Below are positions 10,040 to 19,548 of a DNA stretch of 56,328 nt, in pieces (within the stretch, counting starts at the first letter, position 1; each line of letters opens with the position of its first letter). The stretch covers positions 1-56,328 of the IMG/VR virus record IMGVR_UViG_3300017963_000059; one strand, written 5' to 3'. Both the position numbers and the translations under genes were made by a program. This DNA comes from a virus (Duplodnaviria; Caudoviricetes). The notes beneath the pieces are model-generated. The model searched no databases, was not told the DNA's origin, and saw only the letters and a list, made by a program, of their open reading frames with translations.

Positions 10040-10422
10040 GTGAGGATGTTTACGGCACAGATTTATTAATGGAAGAGAGCGACCTGGTAGTCAGTGATGA
10101 CGGGAACCTGGAATTGGTCACCGGCATTGACTGCCTGAATCAGGATCTGCTGAACGCTTTTCTGACACCGTATTATTTCTGGGGATTGGATCATCGGCAT
10201 GGTTCCAGATTACAGGAGTTTATTGAAGGAGCTGGAGACGGGCTTTATGCAATTGATTTGAAGCAAGCGATTAACGAGGTTTTCAAGAGCGATCCCCGCG
10301 TCAAAAAAGATTCGCAAAAGGTTTCATTCAATCGTTTAGCTGATGGCATCGAGATAACGGCATCTTATATCCCCATAGGGAGGAATACTCCGGAAGTTAT
10401 TAAATTCAAATTAGGAAATTAG
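10036..10422 (+). CDS. Baseplate wedge / sheath initiator (gp25/W-like)
   Basis: DLVVSDDGNLELVTGIDCLNQ, HGSRL and DPRV motifs. Confidence 0.8.
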   Translation: MSEDVYGTDLLMEESDLVVSDDGNLELVTGIDCLNQDLLNAFLTPYYFWGLDHRHGSRLQEFIEGAGDGLYAIDLKQAINEVFKSDPRVKKDSQKVSFNRLADGIEITASYIPIGRNTPEVIKFKLGN

Positions 10423-10424
10423 CT

Positions 10425-10970
10425 ATGGCTCTACCGACGATTAAAAGCCTTGAAGATATCTACAGCAACATGAAGACGAACTTGCAGACCGCTATTCCGA
10501 CCTTGACTAATTGGGGAAAAGGTAGTGTACCGGGGGCTATTCTACGGGTTGTAGCGGCCGGGATAAGGTTATGTTATGTTGTATTGGAGATAATTTATTT
10601 CAATCTCTTCCCCCAGGATGCTGACAGGGAAGGCCTTAAACGCGAATATGAAGAGTGGGGCTTGACTTGGGACGATCCGGATACGGAGGTGGCCAGGAAA
10701 ATAGTTCTAAATAAATACCAGGGAAGCGATGTACTCGGCACTAAGGATTGGTATGAAAATATCATTCTCAACAGTTTCAATACAGTAACAGAGGCGACCT
10801 GTTATCCTAACGCCCGGGGCCCGGGGACGGTCGATCTATATGTGAGGTATAAGAACAGTCCTCTGTTGGATTCGGAAGTTCAAGAGATTCAGGATTACTT
10901 CGACGATACGGACAATCACCCAACGGGAGCGGATATCTATGTTTATACGGCGGAGTTAGAGGCGGTATAA
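10425..10970 (+). CDS. Baseplate J-like protein (unusually short)
   Basis: GSVPGAILRVVA, FPQDA, GTKDWY and RGPGTVDLYV are baseplate J motifs, but the ORF is only 181 aa. Confidence 0.75.
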   Translation: MALPTIKSLEDIYSNMKTNLQTAIPTLTNWGKGSVPGAILRVVAAGIRLCYVVLEIIYFNLFPQDADREGLKREYEEWGLTWDDPDTEVARKIVLNKYQGSDVLGTKDWYENIILNSFNTVTEATCYPNARGPGTVDLYVRYKNSPLLDSEVQEIQDYFDDTDNHPTGADIYVYTAELEAV

Positions 10971-12034
10971 TGGCGGACAGGTTTTCACCTAATTTTAATA
11001 TCCTGACAGGGAGACAACCGGTAAAGAGATCTTCGGGAGGGAGCATATTCCGGGAAATAGCCGGTGTGGTTAAGACGGAATTGGACGATTTAATCGCGGC
11101 CATGAATATCGTTTATAACGGCAAAAGGATTACGACCTGCGATGAGGAATTCCTTTTAAAATTCGGCGTTCGGCAGGGATTGCCGATCAATGGCGGTGAA
11201 ACCTATGAAGACTACAGGGAAAGACTGCTTCTTGATTTCAGGAATGTGCCTGAAGGGATAAACGTTCAATCGATATATGATGCGATATTCGCGGTGACGG
11301 ATCCGGATGTTCCGGATATAATCCAGTGGTATCAATACAGGTGGGAATGGCCGGACCCTTATGAAGAACCGGAGCTATTGTATTTCGGGAATAACAGTAT
11401 CGGCGGTAGCTCGACAACGATAGGGACAAATACAAAGGTGGGCTGCAGATTCCAGATTACGGACCCCGGGGCATTGAAGACGGTCAAGGCTTACCTCGAA
11501 GCGGTGGGAGGCGGGGACAGGACGGCATATTGCGCTATCTATGATGATAATGCCGGAGCTCCCAATGATAAAGTAGCGGATGCCCAGGCGACGGTAACGG
11601 TCAATGATGCCGGATGGTATGAATTCAGTTTTGACAGCGAAGCTTTAACGGAAAATGATTACTACTGGCTGACTATCGATTTAAGCGGTGGTTCGTGGAA
11701 TATCTATTACGATACGGGCAGCGCCAACCAAGCGGCTTATAATACGGATACTCCGCCTCCGGAAGATCCATTCGGCGCGGTAGCCGGATATAACACCTTC
11801 GACATGTCAATATTCGCTGTTTATGTGGAGAGACATCCGGATTATGAAGCGAAGAATTGGTGCAATTCGATTCAAACCAGATTTACGGTTTCGGCGGTAT
11901 TGATATATGCTCCGAGCTCCGGAGAGCTTGATACGATAGAAGCGAATGTGATTCAGGTCAAGCCTGCGCATATGATGGTTCGAATAGTACAGACACGTCC
12001 CGAAGGACATGATTTATTAAGGGAGATATTATAA
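10970..12034 (+). CDS. Baseplate I-like protein with an inserted beta-sandwich domain
   Basis: GETYEDYRERLL at the N-terminus and VKPAHM at the C-terminus are gpI/gp48-like hallmarks; a beta-rich insert lies between them. Confidence 0.7.
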   Translation: MADRFSPNFNILTGRQPVKRSSGGSIFREIAGVVKTELDDLIAAMNIVYNGKRITTCDEEFLLKFGVRQGLPINGGETYEDYRERLLLDFRNVPEGINVQSIYDAIFAVTDPDVPDIIQWYQYRWEWPDPYEEPELLYFGNNSIGGSSTTIGTNTKVGCRFQITDPGALKTVKAYLEAVGGGDRTAYCAIYDDNAGAPNDKVADAQATVTVNDAGWYEFSFDSEALTENDYYWLTIDLSGGSWNIYYDTGSANQAAYNTDTPPPEDPFGAVAGYNTFDMSIFAVYVERHPDYEAKNWCNSIQTRFTVSAVLIYAPSSGELDTIEANVIQVKPAHMMVRIVQTRPEGHDLLREIL

Positions 12035-12035
12035 T

Positions 12036-12827
12036 ATGCCAGAATTTTGGAATTTTAATAATGCCAATTGCGTAGACGACCAGATTTACCATGAAGACCT
12101 GATGACGGCTTTTGATGGATTAAACGATCAAGCTAAGAATATCCTGAAGCATCTGTTGGCGCCTTGTATCATAGAGGGTTTCGTCGTCTATGATCCTTCG
12201 GGGAGTACGGTCAAGATTGCCAACGATCCGGATACGCCGACTTCGGGCGGGGTTGCTTATGATGAAGATGGCGATGTCATTATAGCCCTGGATCCAATAG
12301 TCAACATTCAGGTAGATACAACCAACGCGGCTATTAATTATGTCTGTGTCCGTCATACGACGCAGGAAAACGGAAACAGGGTGGCATATAAAACAGGGGT
12401 TAATTGGCCATCCCGGGTTAGCGATTACTATGAGGTAGTAGTCAGGACGGAAGCGCAGGGAATACTGGCCGGCGACGTTTGCCTTGCTACTACTACCGGC
12501 AACGGGACTACGGTGACTATTTCGACAGCGGACAGAACCACTCCGGATTATTCAGGCAGTTCGGATACGACAGGACCATCGAAAGTTACTGGGGTTGCCG
12601 TAACAACCGGAGTAGAAACCGGGAAGATAAACTCGGATATCCTGGCTGAGTTTGCTTTTGTAGATGATCCCCTGAGGTGTTGGATTAAAGTGGAGTGGGT
12701 CGATGTGACGGATCCTTCGGGAATACTCGGATATGAAATAGCGTTAGTTCCTCTCGATGATAGTTCTGATGAAAATATCGATGAGGTAGAGGTATTTACG
12801 ATGACCTATGACCAAGATGCGGCTTAG
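12036..12827 (+). CDS. Tail fibre / baseplate-attached protein ending in the N-terminal half of an FN3 domain
   Basis: Follows gpI; C-terminus reads DTTGPSKVTGVAVT...IKVEWVDVTDPSGILGYEI. Confidence 0.65.
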   Translation: MPEFWNFNNANCVDDQIYHEDLMTAFDGLNDQAKNILKHLLAPCIIEGFVVYDPSGSTVKIANDPDTPTSGGVAYDEDGDVIIALDPIVNIQVDTTNAAINYVCVRHTTQENGNRVAYKTGVNWPSRVSDYYEVVVRTEAQGILAGDVCLATTTGNGTTVTISTADRTTPDYSGSSDTTGPSKVTGVAVTTGVETGKINSDILAEFAFVDDPLRCWIKVEWVDVTDPSGILGYEIALVPLDDSSDENIDEVEVFTMTYDQDAA

Positions 12828-12838
12828 GAGGTATTGAG

Positions 12839-13006
12839 TTGAGCAAGAAAAGATTCTGGAGGGTCGTTTTTAATGATCCTGAGGTAAGTGCCGGATTAAA
12901 AGATAAGGATTCGGCTCTGGTGATAATGAATACAATTCCGGAAGCGGAATATATACTCAATATCAATTCCGGAAAGAAGATATTCAAACATAGTAAAAGG
13001 AAGTAA
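12839..13006 (+). CDS. Small 55-aa ORF (MSKKRFWRVVFNDPEV...KHSKRK), not in the ORF track
   Basis: AGGAGG at 12826-12831, TTG at 12839, TAA at 13004-13006. Confidence 0.55.
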   Translation: MSKKRFWRVVFNDPEVSAGLKDKDSALVIMNTIPEAEYILNINSGKKIFKHSKRK

Positions 13007-13012
13007 CCAGAT

Positions 13013-13459
13013 ATGGCACAAGAGGTAGTTAAAAATAAAAGGATTATTCATGGCCAGCTTCCGGGTTTGAGGGCTAATGTATATGTCAGGGCTATCGATG
13101 GCAACGGCAATAAGGGGGGGTGGAGCGAACCAGTAGAGGTCACTGCTGGAATGACCGGGCGCAGCCAATTGACAATGAGTGGAAGCCTGACTCTTGCTGC
13201 AGCGGCTCAGGGCGTTCGGGTATCATGGGATTCGGTGAGCGGGGCTTTCGGTTATATCGTGTTTGCCAATATCAATAATTTCAATTATCCGGATGTGGAT
13301 ACAATTGATGATATCTTCTATCAGGGCCGGTCAAGGAACATAATTATCCCGGTAGAGAGCGGCGATTCGGTCAAGGTCAGGGTTATGTGCTATGACGCTA
13401 TAGGATGGCGGTCATCTGATTACATTCAAGGAACGCAAACTTCGGGGACGCCGGCGTAG
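13013..13459 (+). CDS. Tail protein beginning with the C-terminal half of an FN3 domain, followed by a full FN3-like domain
   Basis: LPGLRANVYVRAIDGNGNKGGWSEPVEVT, then VRVSWDSVSGAFGYIV...VKVRVMCYDAIG. Confidence 0.7.
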   Translation: MAQEVVKNKRIIHGQLPGLRANVYVRAIDGNGNKGGWSEPVEVTAGMTGRSQLTMSGSLTLAAAAQGVRVSWDSVSGAFGYIVFANINNFNYPDVDTIDDIFYQGRSRNIIIPVESGDSVKVRVMCYDAIGWRSSDYIQGTQTSGTPA

Positions 13460-13465
13460 TAGGCT

Positions 13466-13963
13466 ATGAAAGAGGGAATTAAAAAGCTCAAAAAAGTAAT
13501 CACCGAGGAAGGTGGAAAAACCGTCGTAGCGACAGTGGAGGCGTATGATAGCCAGCTGTTGACTTGCGATGTGGTCTTCGAGGGAGAAGATATCATCCGG
13601 GAAAAGATTCCGCTGAGGATTTTTAATGACGAGGATGGATTGGGGGTAGCCTTTGTACCGTCGGTTGATTCTGAAGTCCTCGTTACATTTATCGGCGATA
13701 ATGAAAACCAGCCGCAGGTGATTAAGGTTCAAAAATGGGATTATACGATATTAAAAAGATCGGGGCTTGAAATCATCATCGATAAGGAGAATAATATTTC
13801 AGCGACTACGAATGGCAAGCTAACCGTTAAAGCTGATAAGTTTATAGTTATGAATAATGAATCTCAGAATTCAAGGGTGGTTACCACTCAGTGTTTATGT
13901 CCTTTTACGGGTAGTCCCCATATGCAGGGAAGTATAAGTGTTTTTGCGGAGGGTCCTGTTTAA
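13466..13963 (+). CDS. Baseplate central spike (gpV/gp45-like)
   Basis: OB-fold-like N-terminus (VPSVDSEVLVTFI), beta-rich middle, C-terminal CLCPFTGSPH. Confidence 0.7.
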   Translation: MKEGIKKLKKVITEEGGKTVVATVEAYDSQLLTCDVVFEGEDIIREKIPLRIFNDEDGLGVAFVPSVDSEVLVTFIGDNENQPQVIKVQKWDYTILKRSGLEIIIDKENNISATTNGKLTVKADKFIVMNNESQNSRVVTTQCLCPFTGSPHMQGSISVFAEGPV

Positions 13964-14211
13964 TGTCAATGAATAAGGATAGGCTCGGTACTAAGATGCA
14001 TGAGGCGGTTCAGAGAGTTCAGCGCGGACAGGGAACAGGTCCGGATGATGATATCGGCCTGAAGGTCTGGAAAGAGATTGCAGGTGAGATTATTAATGAA
14101 ATCAAACAGCATGCTACTATTGCATCTTTGGACACTACATCGATTCCAGCAGGCCAGGGACCGCATCAGCATAGTCCGGTAACTAATCAAACGACGGGGA
14201 AGATATCATAA
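13963..14211 (+). CDS. Small spike-associated protein
   Basis: Translationally coupled to the spike gene; HQH motif; ends TGKIS. Confidence 0.55.
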   Translation: MSMNKDRLGTKMHEAVQRVQRGQGTGPDDDIGLKVWKEIAGEIINEIKQHATIASLDTTSIPAGQGPHQHSPVTNQTTGKIS

Positions 14212-14229
14212 TGATAGAAGGGGAACTCA

Positions 14230-14448
14230 ATGTCAGAATTTGATCCGGAAAAATGTACTATAGGAGCTAAATTAACACAAGCCTTTAAAGACCAGACCGG
14301 TACTCTGAAGATAATTAAGGATGGCGTTGAGAGACAGAATGGGAGAGTCAGAGCTATTGAAAAATGGATGTGGGCGTTAAGCGGAGCTATTGGAATATTG
14401 ACGATAAAAGGAATTTTTAACTTTGCAGTTGAGGTGTTAAGAAAATGA
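14230..14448 (+). CDS. Holin-like / XhlA-like membrane protein
   Basis: Coiled coil (RQNGRVRAIEKW) followed by one C-terminal TM helix. Confidence 0.55.
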   Translation: MSEFDPEKCTIGAKLTQAFKDQTGTLKIIKDGVERQNGRVRAIEKWMWALSGAIGILTIKGIFNFAVEVLRK

Positions 14449-16169
14449 AAAAGAATTATTTAATCATTTTAATCGCTGTGCTAATGATAGTATTGGCACT
14501 GGCGGGCAATTCGTTTGCCTGGAAGTATAACCATATCAGGACGTCGGCGCTTTGCTATTCTCTGACTGATGTGATCGGGGCTGACTTTGTGGGGCGACAT
14601 TATGACATCGCTATCAATCCGTCAGGAGCAAATTTTACGGCAGTGAAAGCCGCAGACCCGGAAACAAAATGTTTATTGTATATAACAATGTCTTCATTGA
14701 GGGGCGGCGACCATGATTTGATTCAACAGTTTTGTGATGAGAGGGGATACGATTCGGACAAGATGTATCTATGGGCGGAGAATGATGTCTGTGTGGCATC
14801 GATTGCTCCTGCCGGATCTCCATGTACTGGAGGTGCTACCTGCACTGATTCGGGAGAACGACTAAGCGTCTGCGGATGGAACTCATATCGAAATCAACCG
14901 GATTTTAGATACCAAGGAATGTGGGAATACTATTGGTATAAATATAAGATTAAAATGGGTAGTCAATACGATGGTGTTTATGAAGATGAATGTACGTTCT
15001 ACTATCATCCGATATGGGATTATTATTCTCCAATGATGTGCTATCCTATGAAGCCGGATAAATGGACACAAGGATCAGCAAGTGATATCAGGGGTTGGGA
15101 AGGTTATTCACATGATGCCATCCGTGATAGTCTACTTAATTTAAAACAAAATGAGTGGCTACCCTCACTAATGGACTCAATGAAGACTCATAACAAATTA
15201 CGTTTCACAAATCCCGCGGCCTATGGGATTTGTGGAAGCGATGTTATCGATGATGTTGTATTGACCGGAACCGGTGTTTCTCTTGGTGAGGGAATGCATC
15301 TAAGGCCGACAGCTACCGGATTTCATCAAGCCGCCTGGGATGTAATGGATTTTATAAATGGTTCAAGCGGATATGCAATAGTCTGGACTGAGATAATGAG
15401 TGCCGATTCGGTAGCTTTGGGCAGTTGGAATAGATGCTTAATGGAGCGGCTGGGCTGGTATTACATGAAAGGGAATGTAAATAACTTCTATTTCATGGTT
15501 ACCGGCAATGAGGTCTGGTTAAGACATAATGATTATCAGGCTAAGGATAGTACATATAAGTGGCTACCGGCGTTTGAATTTGATATAGGTCAACCTCTTG
15601 GAGATATGTATACCGCACAATCGGGGACAGACGGCGCGGGACAGTCTTATACTTTGAGAGCGCGTGATTTCAGTAATTCAATTGTCCTTTATCGCGGGGC
15701 AAACGGCAGTAACTATAGTGATCAGTCGGCTATCGTTTACGAGCTTGATGGTGATTACAGATTACTTCAATATGATGGAGCTCTGGGGGAGACAGTAACC
15801 TCGGCCTCAATTAGAAACTGCGAGACCGTGATATGCGTTCCGGACTCGACCATTCCCCAACAGTTTAATGTTGATATAGATATGCGGCCGATGCAACTCG
15901 GGGTCCTCTACGATGGATGGATTAAAAATCTTAATATTGATACAACCTCAGCTGATGTGACGGTCTATATCGATACACCGGATAGCACGTTTGTGATATT
16001 GAAAAAGACGGTAAAAGATATGGCTCCCGGGTTTGAAGGAATTAGCAGGCACTGGCGGTCCGTTAGTGTTGAATATGGGCAGCAATACAGATTCAGGGCA
16101 TATAGTTATGACGGGGGATTAGTTACAGATTCGACGGCATTCTCGATTGGAGTTGAAAAGGAATATTGA
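14445..16169 (+). CDS. Exported putative glycoside hydrolase (GHL15-like TIM barrel)
   Basis: Sec signal peptide (…ALAGNSFA); VKAADPETKCLLY, YDGVYEDE, DIGQPLG and RDFSNSIVLY motifs. Confidence 0.65.
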   Translation: MKKNYLIILIAVLMIVLALAGNSFAWKYNHIRTSALCYSLTDVIGADFVGRHYDIAINPSGANFTAVKAADPETKCLLYITMSSLRGGDHDLIQQFCDERGYDSDKMYLWAENDVCVASIAPAGSPCTGGATCTDSGERLSVCGWNSYRNQPDFRYQGMWEYYWYKYKIKMGSQYDGVYEDECTFYYHPIWDYYSPMMCYPMKPDKWTQGSASDIRGWEGYSHDAIRDSLLNLKQNEWLPSLMDSMKTHNKLRFTNPAAYGICGSDVIDDVVLTGTGVSLGEGMHLRPTATGFHQAAWDVMDFINGSSGYAIVWTEIMSADSVALGSWNRCLMERLGWYYMKGNVNNFYFMVTGNEVWLRHNDYQAKDSTYKWLPAFEFDIGQPLGDMYTAQSGTDGAGQSYTLRARDFSNSIVLYRGANGSNYSDQSAIVYELDGDYRLLQYDGALGETVTSASIRNCETVICVPDSTIPQQFNVDIDMRPMQLGVLYDGWIKNLNIDTTSADVTVYIDTPDSTFVILKKTVKDMAPGFEGISRHWRSVSVEYGQQYRFRAYSYDGGLVTDSTAFSIGVEKEY

Positions 16170-17725
16170 AGAAATTTTTCACTAAAAATTGGCACTGGAT
16201 CATAGGAATAAGTTCCACGGTTTGGTTATTATTACGTACCGGGACCAATCCTAAGAGGGCAGTATATCCCTGTCAGAGAGCAGCCGCTCAAGCTTCTTTT
16301 AGTTGGTTATCTTCGCTGATATCTTTCTCACTAATTGGTATATTTATTAAGAAGAATATCAGACATTTTAGATATGCCATTCCGTTAATGGCTATATTTG
16401 GTGTTTTTATTACGTTTAACTACAATGCAATAGCTACCTACGTTCAAAAAAACATCCTATTAACCTACGATTACGTTGATGACGAATTATATTGCGGTGA
16501 TCGTAGTTTAATTCGACTGCCAACTTGGGAAGTTGAGAATCCAATATCAAAAATCATATGTATTGATTCCGTTTCCCACAATTCTTATTCATGTGCCGCG
16601 GGTGATTCTTCTGTTCCGGACAGTCATCTGGTGGATCCCGGGATCGATACATTGATCCTCTGGTTAGAACAGAAGGCTGGGATATACTTTTATAAGACTT
16701 TCCTGCATCCGGAAGGGATCGTCGCATCAAATTCGATTGTCGTGATCAAGCCCAATTTCATCGGACCACGACGTACAGGAACGAATACGGATCGCATTAA
16801 AGGATTAATCTGGAGGATCCTGCAACATCCTAATGGATTCACCGGGGAAATAATAATATGTGAAAACAATCAGATGTTCGAAACCTTGGATGGGAATGAA
16901 AATAATTCTGAAGATACTTTGCAATCAATCCTCGACGTTATTAATACTTTCAATGCCAAAGGATATCCGGTCAACGGATATGAATGGCGTATTATCCGCG
17001 GTGAAACTGTAGATGAATATGATCAGGGTGATTTTGATGACGGATATATCTATAATGACGTAACTAAAATAACTTATCCGAAATTCCAGACGCCGGCGCT
17101 CGGTTTGTATTGTTCTATGCGTTTCGGAATCTATGATGACATTTCCGAAGCCTATGACGAGGATCGATTGGTTATTATCGATATGCCGATATTAAAAGAT
17201 CATGGCTGGGCAGGGGCCACCATTGCCGTTAAGAATTGGGTAGGTTTATTATCTAATTTTGATACCCTTGCTAATGGAGACACTGTTGATTTCGTCACCA
17301 TAACAGGTCCGGGGGTGCGTTATGGGGAGTTCGTCGATTCCATGCACTATAAATTATACTGGAGTGATTATGCGTTAATTGCGCGGATCATGGATTATGT
17401 TTATCCGGATCTCTGCATCGTTGATGCTACATGGATTAATACGCTCGGGCCTATTGCTCCGGGGCATGCTACGGAATGCCGCCTGTTATTCGCATCGACC
17501 GATCCGGTGGCGGTTTCCTGGTATGCAGCAAAATTCGCATTGACTCCAATTGCGGAGAGACCGCTATTTACAAATCCGGATATCAATAATGGTGATAGCT
17601 CTTATGGTGCCAATCTCCCGAGATGGTGTTCATATCTGCAGTCTGCAGGCAAGCCGGTTACTATGGACTCATCGGAAATATCGGTTTATAGCAGGAATCC
17701 GAAAGTTATAGGAGTAAGGAAGTAA
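16166..17725 (+). CDS. DUF362 domain membrane-anchored protein
   Basis: WLLLRTGTNPKRAVYPCQRAA, VVIKPN, PILKDH..AGATIAVKNWVG and ASTDPVAV motifs. Confidence 0.8.
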   Translation: MKKFFTKNWHWIIGISSTVWLLLRTGTNPKRAVYPCQRAAAQASFSWLSSLISFSLIGIFIKKNIRHFRYAIPLMAIFGVFITFNYNAIATYVQKNILLTYDYVDDELYCGDRSLIRLPTWEVENPISKIICIDSVSHNSYSCAAGDSSVPDSHLVDPGIDTLILWLEQKAGIYFYKTFLHPEGIVASNSIVVIKPNFIGPRRTGTNTDRIKGLIWRILQHPNGFTGEIIICENNQMFETLDGNENNSEDTLQSILDVINTFNAKGYPVNGYEWRIIRGETVDEYDQGDFDDGYIYNDVTKITYPKFQTPALGLYCSMRFGIYDDISEAYDEDRLVIIDMPILKDHGWAGATIAVKNWVGLLSNFDTLANGDTVDFVTITGPGVRYGEFVDSMHYKLYWSDYALIARIMDYVYPDLCIVDATWINTLGPIAPGHATECRLLFASTDPVAVSWYAAKFALTPIAERPLFTNPDINNGDSSYGANLPRWCSYLQSAGKPVTMDSSEISVYSRNPKVIGVRK

Positions 17726-18798
17726 TGAAATTTCTGAAGATTCTTCTACTATCTATCATATCGCTCATCGTAATCAGCGAGAGTAGTTATGCCGTATTGG
17801 AAACTCAATACATTACTGAAAATATGGTTCTGACCAGGGGAAAGTCTTACGAATTAGTATTCAACAGCGTCGGTAATGCGAACTACGTAATGACAAAGAT
17901 TTATTATCCTACGATGGTTCACCCTACAGTATTCGATAGTTTAAGGATGACAGGGGCGGAAGCTTATGGATACCAGGTTATCGATTCACTTCCTAATGGA
18001 GTCCCCGATGCATCTTTATATGCCTTTCCTTATGTATTCGATTCGATAGGCCATTACACAATGGTTTTAGTATTTTATACTACTTTCCCGACGGGATATC
18101 ATACAATGATGACGGTCAATGTAACCGTTCTACCGAATCTTGAGGATATAAAGGCTAAAATTACAGAGGATTATGCCACCTTGCCGGAAATGATAAATGC
18201 TTTCTCCGGAATGGGAGAGAATATATGTAATTTCTATGTTCTTGATGGATCGGACTCATCGGCTGTTGATCAGTGCTGGTTGAGGATCTATAACAGCGGT
18301 ATGACGACATTAATGGCATATTGGAGGACAGATCCGAACGGTTTGATGGTTTCCAGTCTGTTGGATGGATCTTATAAAGTTATCCCATTCAAGTCGGGAT
18401 ATACTTTTTCCGGAATACCATATTCGATAACGGTAAGTGGGGGAATAAATGATACATTTTTCTGTGAGGCTTTTAATCCCCAGGCTCCTGCTGATCCGGA
18501 TTTATGCAATGTCTGGGGTGATTTTGGAGATAAAACCGGTACCGGGCAGCAGAATATCGAGATATCGATCACATGCGATACTCGAGTTTTAAAAGCTCCT
18601 GACGGTAGGATTATCATTGATTTGAAGAAGGAATTTGAATCTGACTCGTTAGGACATTGGGAAGTACCGCTTTATCCCAATTCGATTATGGACCCGGATG
18701 ATTCCAAATATATTTTTGTATTTAAACAGGGACGGGACGAATGGAAAAGAGAAGATGTCATAATTCCGGACCAGGATTCATGGAAGTTTGATTGGTAG
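17725..18798 (+). CDS. Exported beta-sandwich protein (transthyretin / carboxypeptidase-regulatory-like repeats)
   Basis: Signal peptide; TDPNG...LLDGSYKVIPFKSGYTF and SDSLGHWEVPL repeats. Confidence 0.55.
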   Translation: MKFLKILLLSIISLIVISESSYAVLETQYITENMVLTRGKSYELVFNSVGNANYVMTKIYYPTMVHPTVFDSLRMTGAEAYGYQVIDSLPNGVPDASLYAFPYVFDSIGHYTMVLVFYTTFPTGYHTMMTVNVTVLPNLEDIKAKITEDYATLPEMINAFSGMGENICNFYVLDGSDSSAVDQCWLRIYNSGMTTLMAYWRTDPNGLMVSSLLDGSYKVIPFKSGYTFSGIPYSITVSGGINDTFFCEAFNPQAPADPDLCNVWGDFGDKTGTGQQNIEISITCDTRVLKAPDGRIIIDLKKEFESDSLGHWEVPLYPNSIMDPDDSKYIFVFKQGRDEWKREDVIIPDQDSWKFDW

Positions 18799-19349
18799 CT
18801 GCAGCTGATAAATATATCCTCTTACCTCCGAATCTCGCGGAGTTGGGAGTAATGCGAGCGGTTCAGGAACCTGAACCGGACTTGATCACCATCTGGGAAA
18901 CGCCAAATCCGGTTTTAACCAACTATATAAAATTCTGCCGGGAAGCCGGTATTGAGGTATTCGCAGGCGGGGATTACAAACAACAAGGATCCAGTTCTAA
19001 GATTGGTTATATCACGTCCGGATATCGGGATGGCAGTGAGGGAGTAGGCACTAAGCACTCCGAACATGGATATGCCTTATGCATCGATGTCAAGATAGGA
19101 CCTATTAGGCGACAGATTCAATTATCAGAAATTGCCCTTAAATATTTTCCCCGGATCGGATTTTATCCCGAGGAGCAGATTATGCATTTCGGATTAGGAA
19201 ATGATGCATGGATAGATTGGGTGAGAAGACGATATAAGACTGTCTGTAAACAATTCTGGGTGAAGGTTTGGAAGGGCGATCAGTCCTTCTATAGGGGTTT
19301 TGATGAAATAGAAGATACCATTAAATATCTGGAGGATAATTATGGATGA
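18792..19349 (+). CDS. Endolysin, peptidase M15-like
   Basis: ITSGYR...SEH..ALCID...MH zinc-peptidase motif; followed by a holin. Confidence 0.75.
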   Translation: MVAAADKYILLPPNLAELGVMRAVQEPEPDLITIWETPNPVLTNYIKFCREAGIEVFAGGDYKQQGSSSKIGYITSGYRDGSEGVGTKHSEHGYALCIDVKIGPIRRQIQLSEIALKYFPRIGFYPEEQIMHFGLGNDAWIDWVRRRYKTVCKQFWVKVWKGDQSFYRGFDEIEDTIKYLEDNYG

Positions 19350-19548
19350 GAAAATCTGGCACAAGCTGATCAGCACCAGACTGATTTTCGGTCTGGTTAT
19401 CGTGATCCTGGCTTTCGTGGGATATATTCTTAAAAAGCCGGAATACCTGACTTTTGTTGGAGTATTGACCGGCGTTTACGGAACATATGTAATGGGCAAT
19501 ACACGCTCCAAGAATGTAGCTGCTCGAGAAGGAAGTGGTGAGCATTAA
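19342..19548 (+). CDS. Holin
   Basis: 68 aa, two TM helices, YVMGN motif, charged C-terminus. Confidence 0.7.
   Translation: MDEKIWHKLISTRLIFGLVIVILAFVGYILKKPEYLTFVGVLTGVYGTYVMGNTRSKNVAAREGSGEH

Noticed and set aside
12825-12827. TAG read-through or an alternative genetic code to fuse the split tail gene
   Set aside because: Reading through TAG meets TGA four codons later, and many other genes end cleanly at TAG, so code 11 fits.
10970-18798. Diversity-generating retroelement or invertible tail-fibre cassette
   Set aside because: No reverse transcriptase or invertase gene, and no template/variable repeat pair was noticed by eye.
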